The notes under the pieces are model-generated. The model worked only from the letters and a program-made list of their open reading frames with translations. It did not search any database and was not told the DNA's origin. Below, in pieces: positions 62,231-64,000 of a stretch of DNA of 64,000 nucleotides. The DNA comes from Lama guanicoe. Its lineage: Eukaryota. The position numbers and the translations under genes were made by a program. The stretch lies in NCBI GenBank assembly GCA_013239625.1, contig MU054220.1:1293509-1357508 (forward strand). Direction: 5' to 3'. Every line of letters starts with the position of its first letter. Position 1 is the stretch's first letter.

Positions 62231-63534
62231 ACTCTAGCAGCTTCGTCACATCGTCGAGGAAGTCCGTGATCCGGTAGCGGGTAAAGATTACTGCAAATGT
62301 TACTGTTCAGCCCATGCACACAGGGGGGACCTGGGGACCTGGGAGGCTAAGCCTCTTGCCCAAGGAAAAGTAATGAGAGAAAGGGCCAGAGCAAGGAGTG
62401 CTGGGGAGGGAGAGATGAATTCCAACCAGGAGAAGAGCTAACACCAGAGCTGAGCTTTGAAGGATGGCTTGAATTTCTCCAGACAGGTAGAGGGGGACAG
62501 TGTCTCCAGAAGTGGGAGCAACTTGGTAAAAAAAAAAAAAAATAGAAAGTGGGTGCCTCAGGCTTGGCCTTCTGAGAAGCAGGGAGGTTGAGGGTTCATA
62601 GGTAGAGGAGAATTTGAAAGGCAGAATAAGTCTGGATTGGATTCGATGTGCAGCAAGGTGCAAACCCCCAGGTGCCCAACACTGCCTCCCGGCACCCCAT
62701 GTACCTCAGGCTCCCCACCTGTGAGATGGGAACACACCTTCACTTAAAGGGTCTCAGTAGCTCCTACCAGGCCCACACACGGAGGAGAACAGAAGGTAAG
62801 GGGACCTCAACTGTTGACTTACACACCTTGCTGTCTTTTGTTTAAACGTGATGTAATCATCATAATTCTCCAGGAATTCCGTTCCTTCCTGACTCCTCCC
62901 CTTCGGGCAGAGACAGGTGGTTTGAAAGGCGTTCCTGTCCATGACAGCCAGAGGGAAGGAGAGCTTGACTTACTGCGGGTGCCACCAGGTCTTTGGACTT
63001 CCCAGGATGCTCAGACCCTACGGACCCTAAGGGTGCATCAAGGCCTCCACAACTTCATGACTTGGGTCTGCAGACAGCTCCGGGAACTCCAGCGTGCACT
63101 TTGATTTTCTCCGGGACAAAATGTATGTTCACAATTGTGTTGGTTGGAACCGGATTTCCCCACTGTGTGGTGATGAAAGAGAATAAACAGCCTTTTCAGT
63201 AAGGGGAGTTACAACCTGAATAATAAACTACCTGTTTGATCATAAACAGATCACACTGGACTAACGACCTGTATGAGACATGAAATTAATGCTGAGTAGG
63301 GGTGGTGTGAACTCCCTAAGGGCAGGGATTGTGCCTTTCTCCCCCTGGCTACTCTGTGAAGCCTCACTCAGTGCCTTCCCCGTAGCAGGAAATTTAGTAT
63401 TTAACCAGCTTCATGATTGTTATCGATGCATCCAGGGTAGCACAATGTAAAAGTTCATTTTTCCACAAGGATAAATTAGGGAGGGGTCATTCATTTTGCA
63501 AAAGGGTTTGAGACTAGGTTCTAATTTACAGGTC

Positions 63535-63775
63535 TCAGATGTCACTTCCCCTAAAACTTCCCAGATGCCCCAACCCAGAGTTGGGTACTCTCCCCCCTCA
63601 TGGCTCCCTGTGCTAACTTAACTAACCACAGTGTTGTAATCACCCGTTACTTGACCGTCTTCCTCAAAGGACTCTAAATAAGGCCCTTGAAGACAGGGCC
63701 TGCATCTTGTTTGTCATTGTATCCCCAGTGCATGGTAGGCAGTCAAATACTACTTATTTAGCTGAGTTGAATACA
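63535..63775 (+). mobile_element. L2 3' terminus
   Basis: ATGTCACTTCC...CCTTGAAGACAGGG...TTGTATCCCCAGTGC...GTTGAAT. Confidence 0.6.
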
Positions 63776-64000
63776 TTCCTTTGAATAACAAACTAAGGTG
63801 TTAAATGTATGTCTGTTCATACACATAGGCACACACACCCCCCAAATTCCATTTGCGAACAGCTTTTCAGGAATAAATCTACTGTGCAAAGTTCAGGGCA
63901 CATTCTCTTTGAGAATATATAATGATATTTGACCTTTTAATCATGCCCACCTTCAAGCAAAAGCTAGAGCTTTACTGAATAGGGGGCCAGGTGCATAAAG

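Overview
Mammalian genomic DNA, not prokaryotic. The host is most likely a camelid (alpaca, llama or camel), inferred from nine copies of a tRNA-Ala(AGC)-derived SINE resembling Vic-1. The window holds the 5' end of PTPRJ (DEP-1/CD148 receptor tyrosine phosphatase) on the minus strand. This comprises a CpG-island promoter (~60.3-61.8 kb), exon 1 encoding the signal peptide MKPAAREARPPPHSLGLRWALPPLLLLLRLGQ with a CAG|GTGAGC donor at 60993/60992, and about 61 kb of intron 1; no exon 2 was found. The intron is filled with SINEs, L1 and L2 fragments, MIRs, hAT and mariner MITEs, a solo LTR and microsatellites. The strongest biological signal is the exon-1 leader: three in-frame AUGs with poly-Ala and poly-Arg tracts (a translation-attenuation design I recall being described for human PTPRJ), plus a possible 24-aa uORF whose stop overlaps the first AUG. 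Other oddities are a SINE-L1 composite inside one target-site duplication (TSD), a SINE dimer, a back-to-back pair of L1 3' ends, a multi-layer nested repeat stack and a probably false assembly gap. I see no evidence for a wholly new multi-gene system, and almost all listed ORFs are noise. Repeat family names come from recalled consensus sequences, and boundaries of old repeats are approximate.
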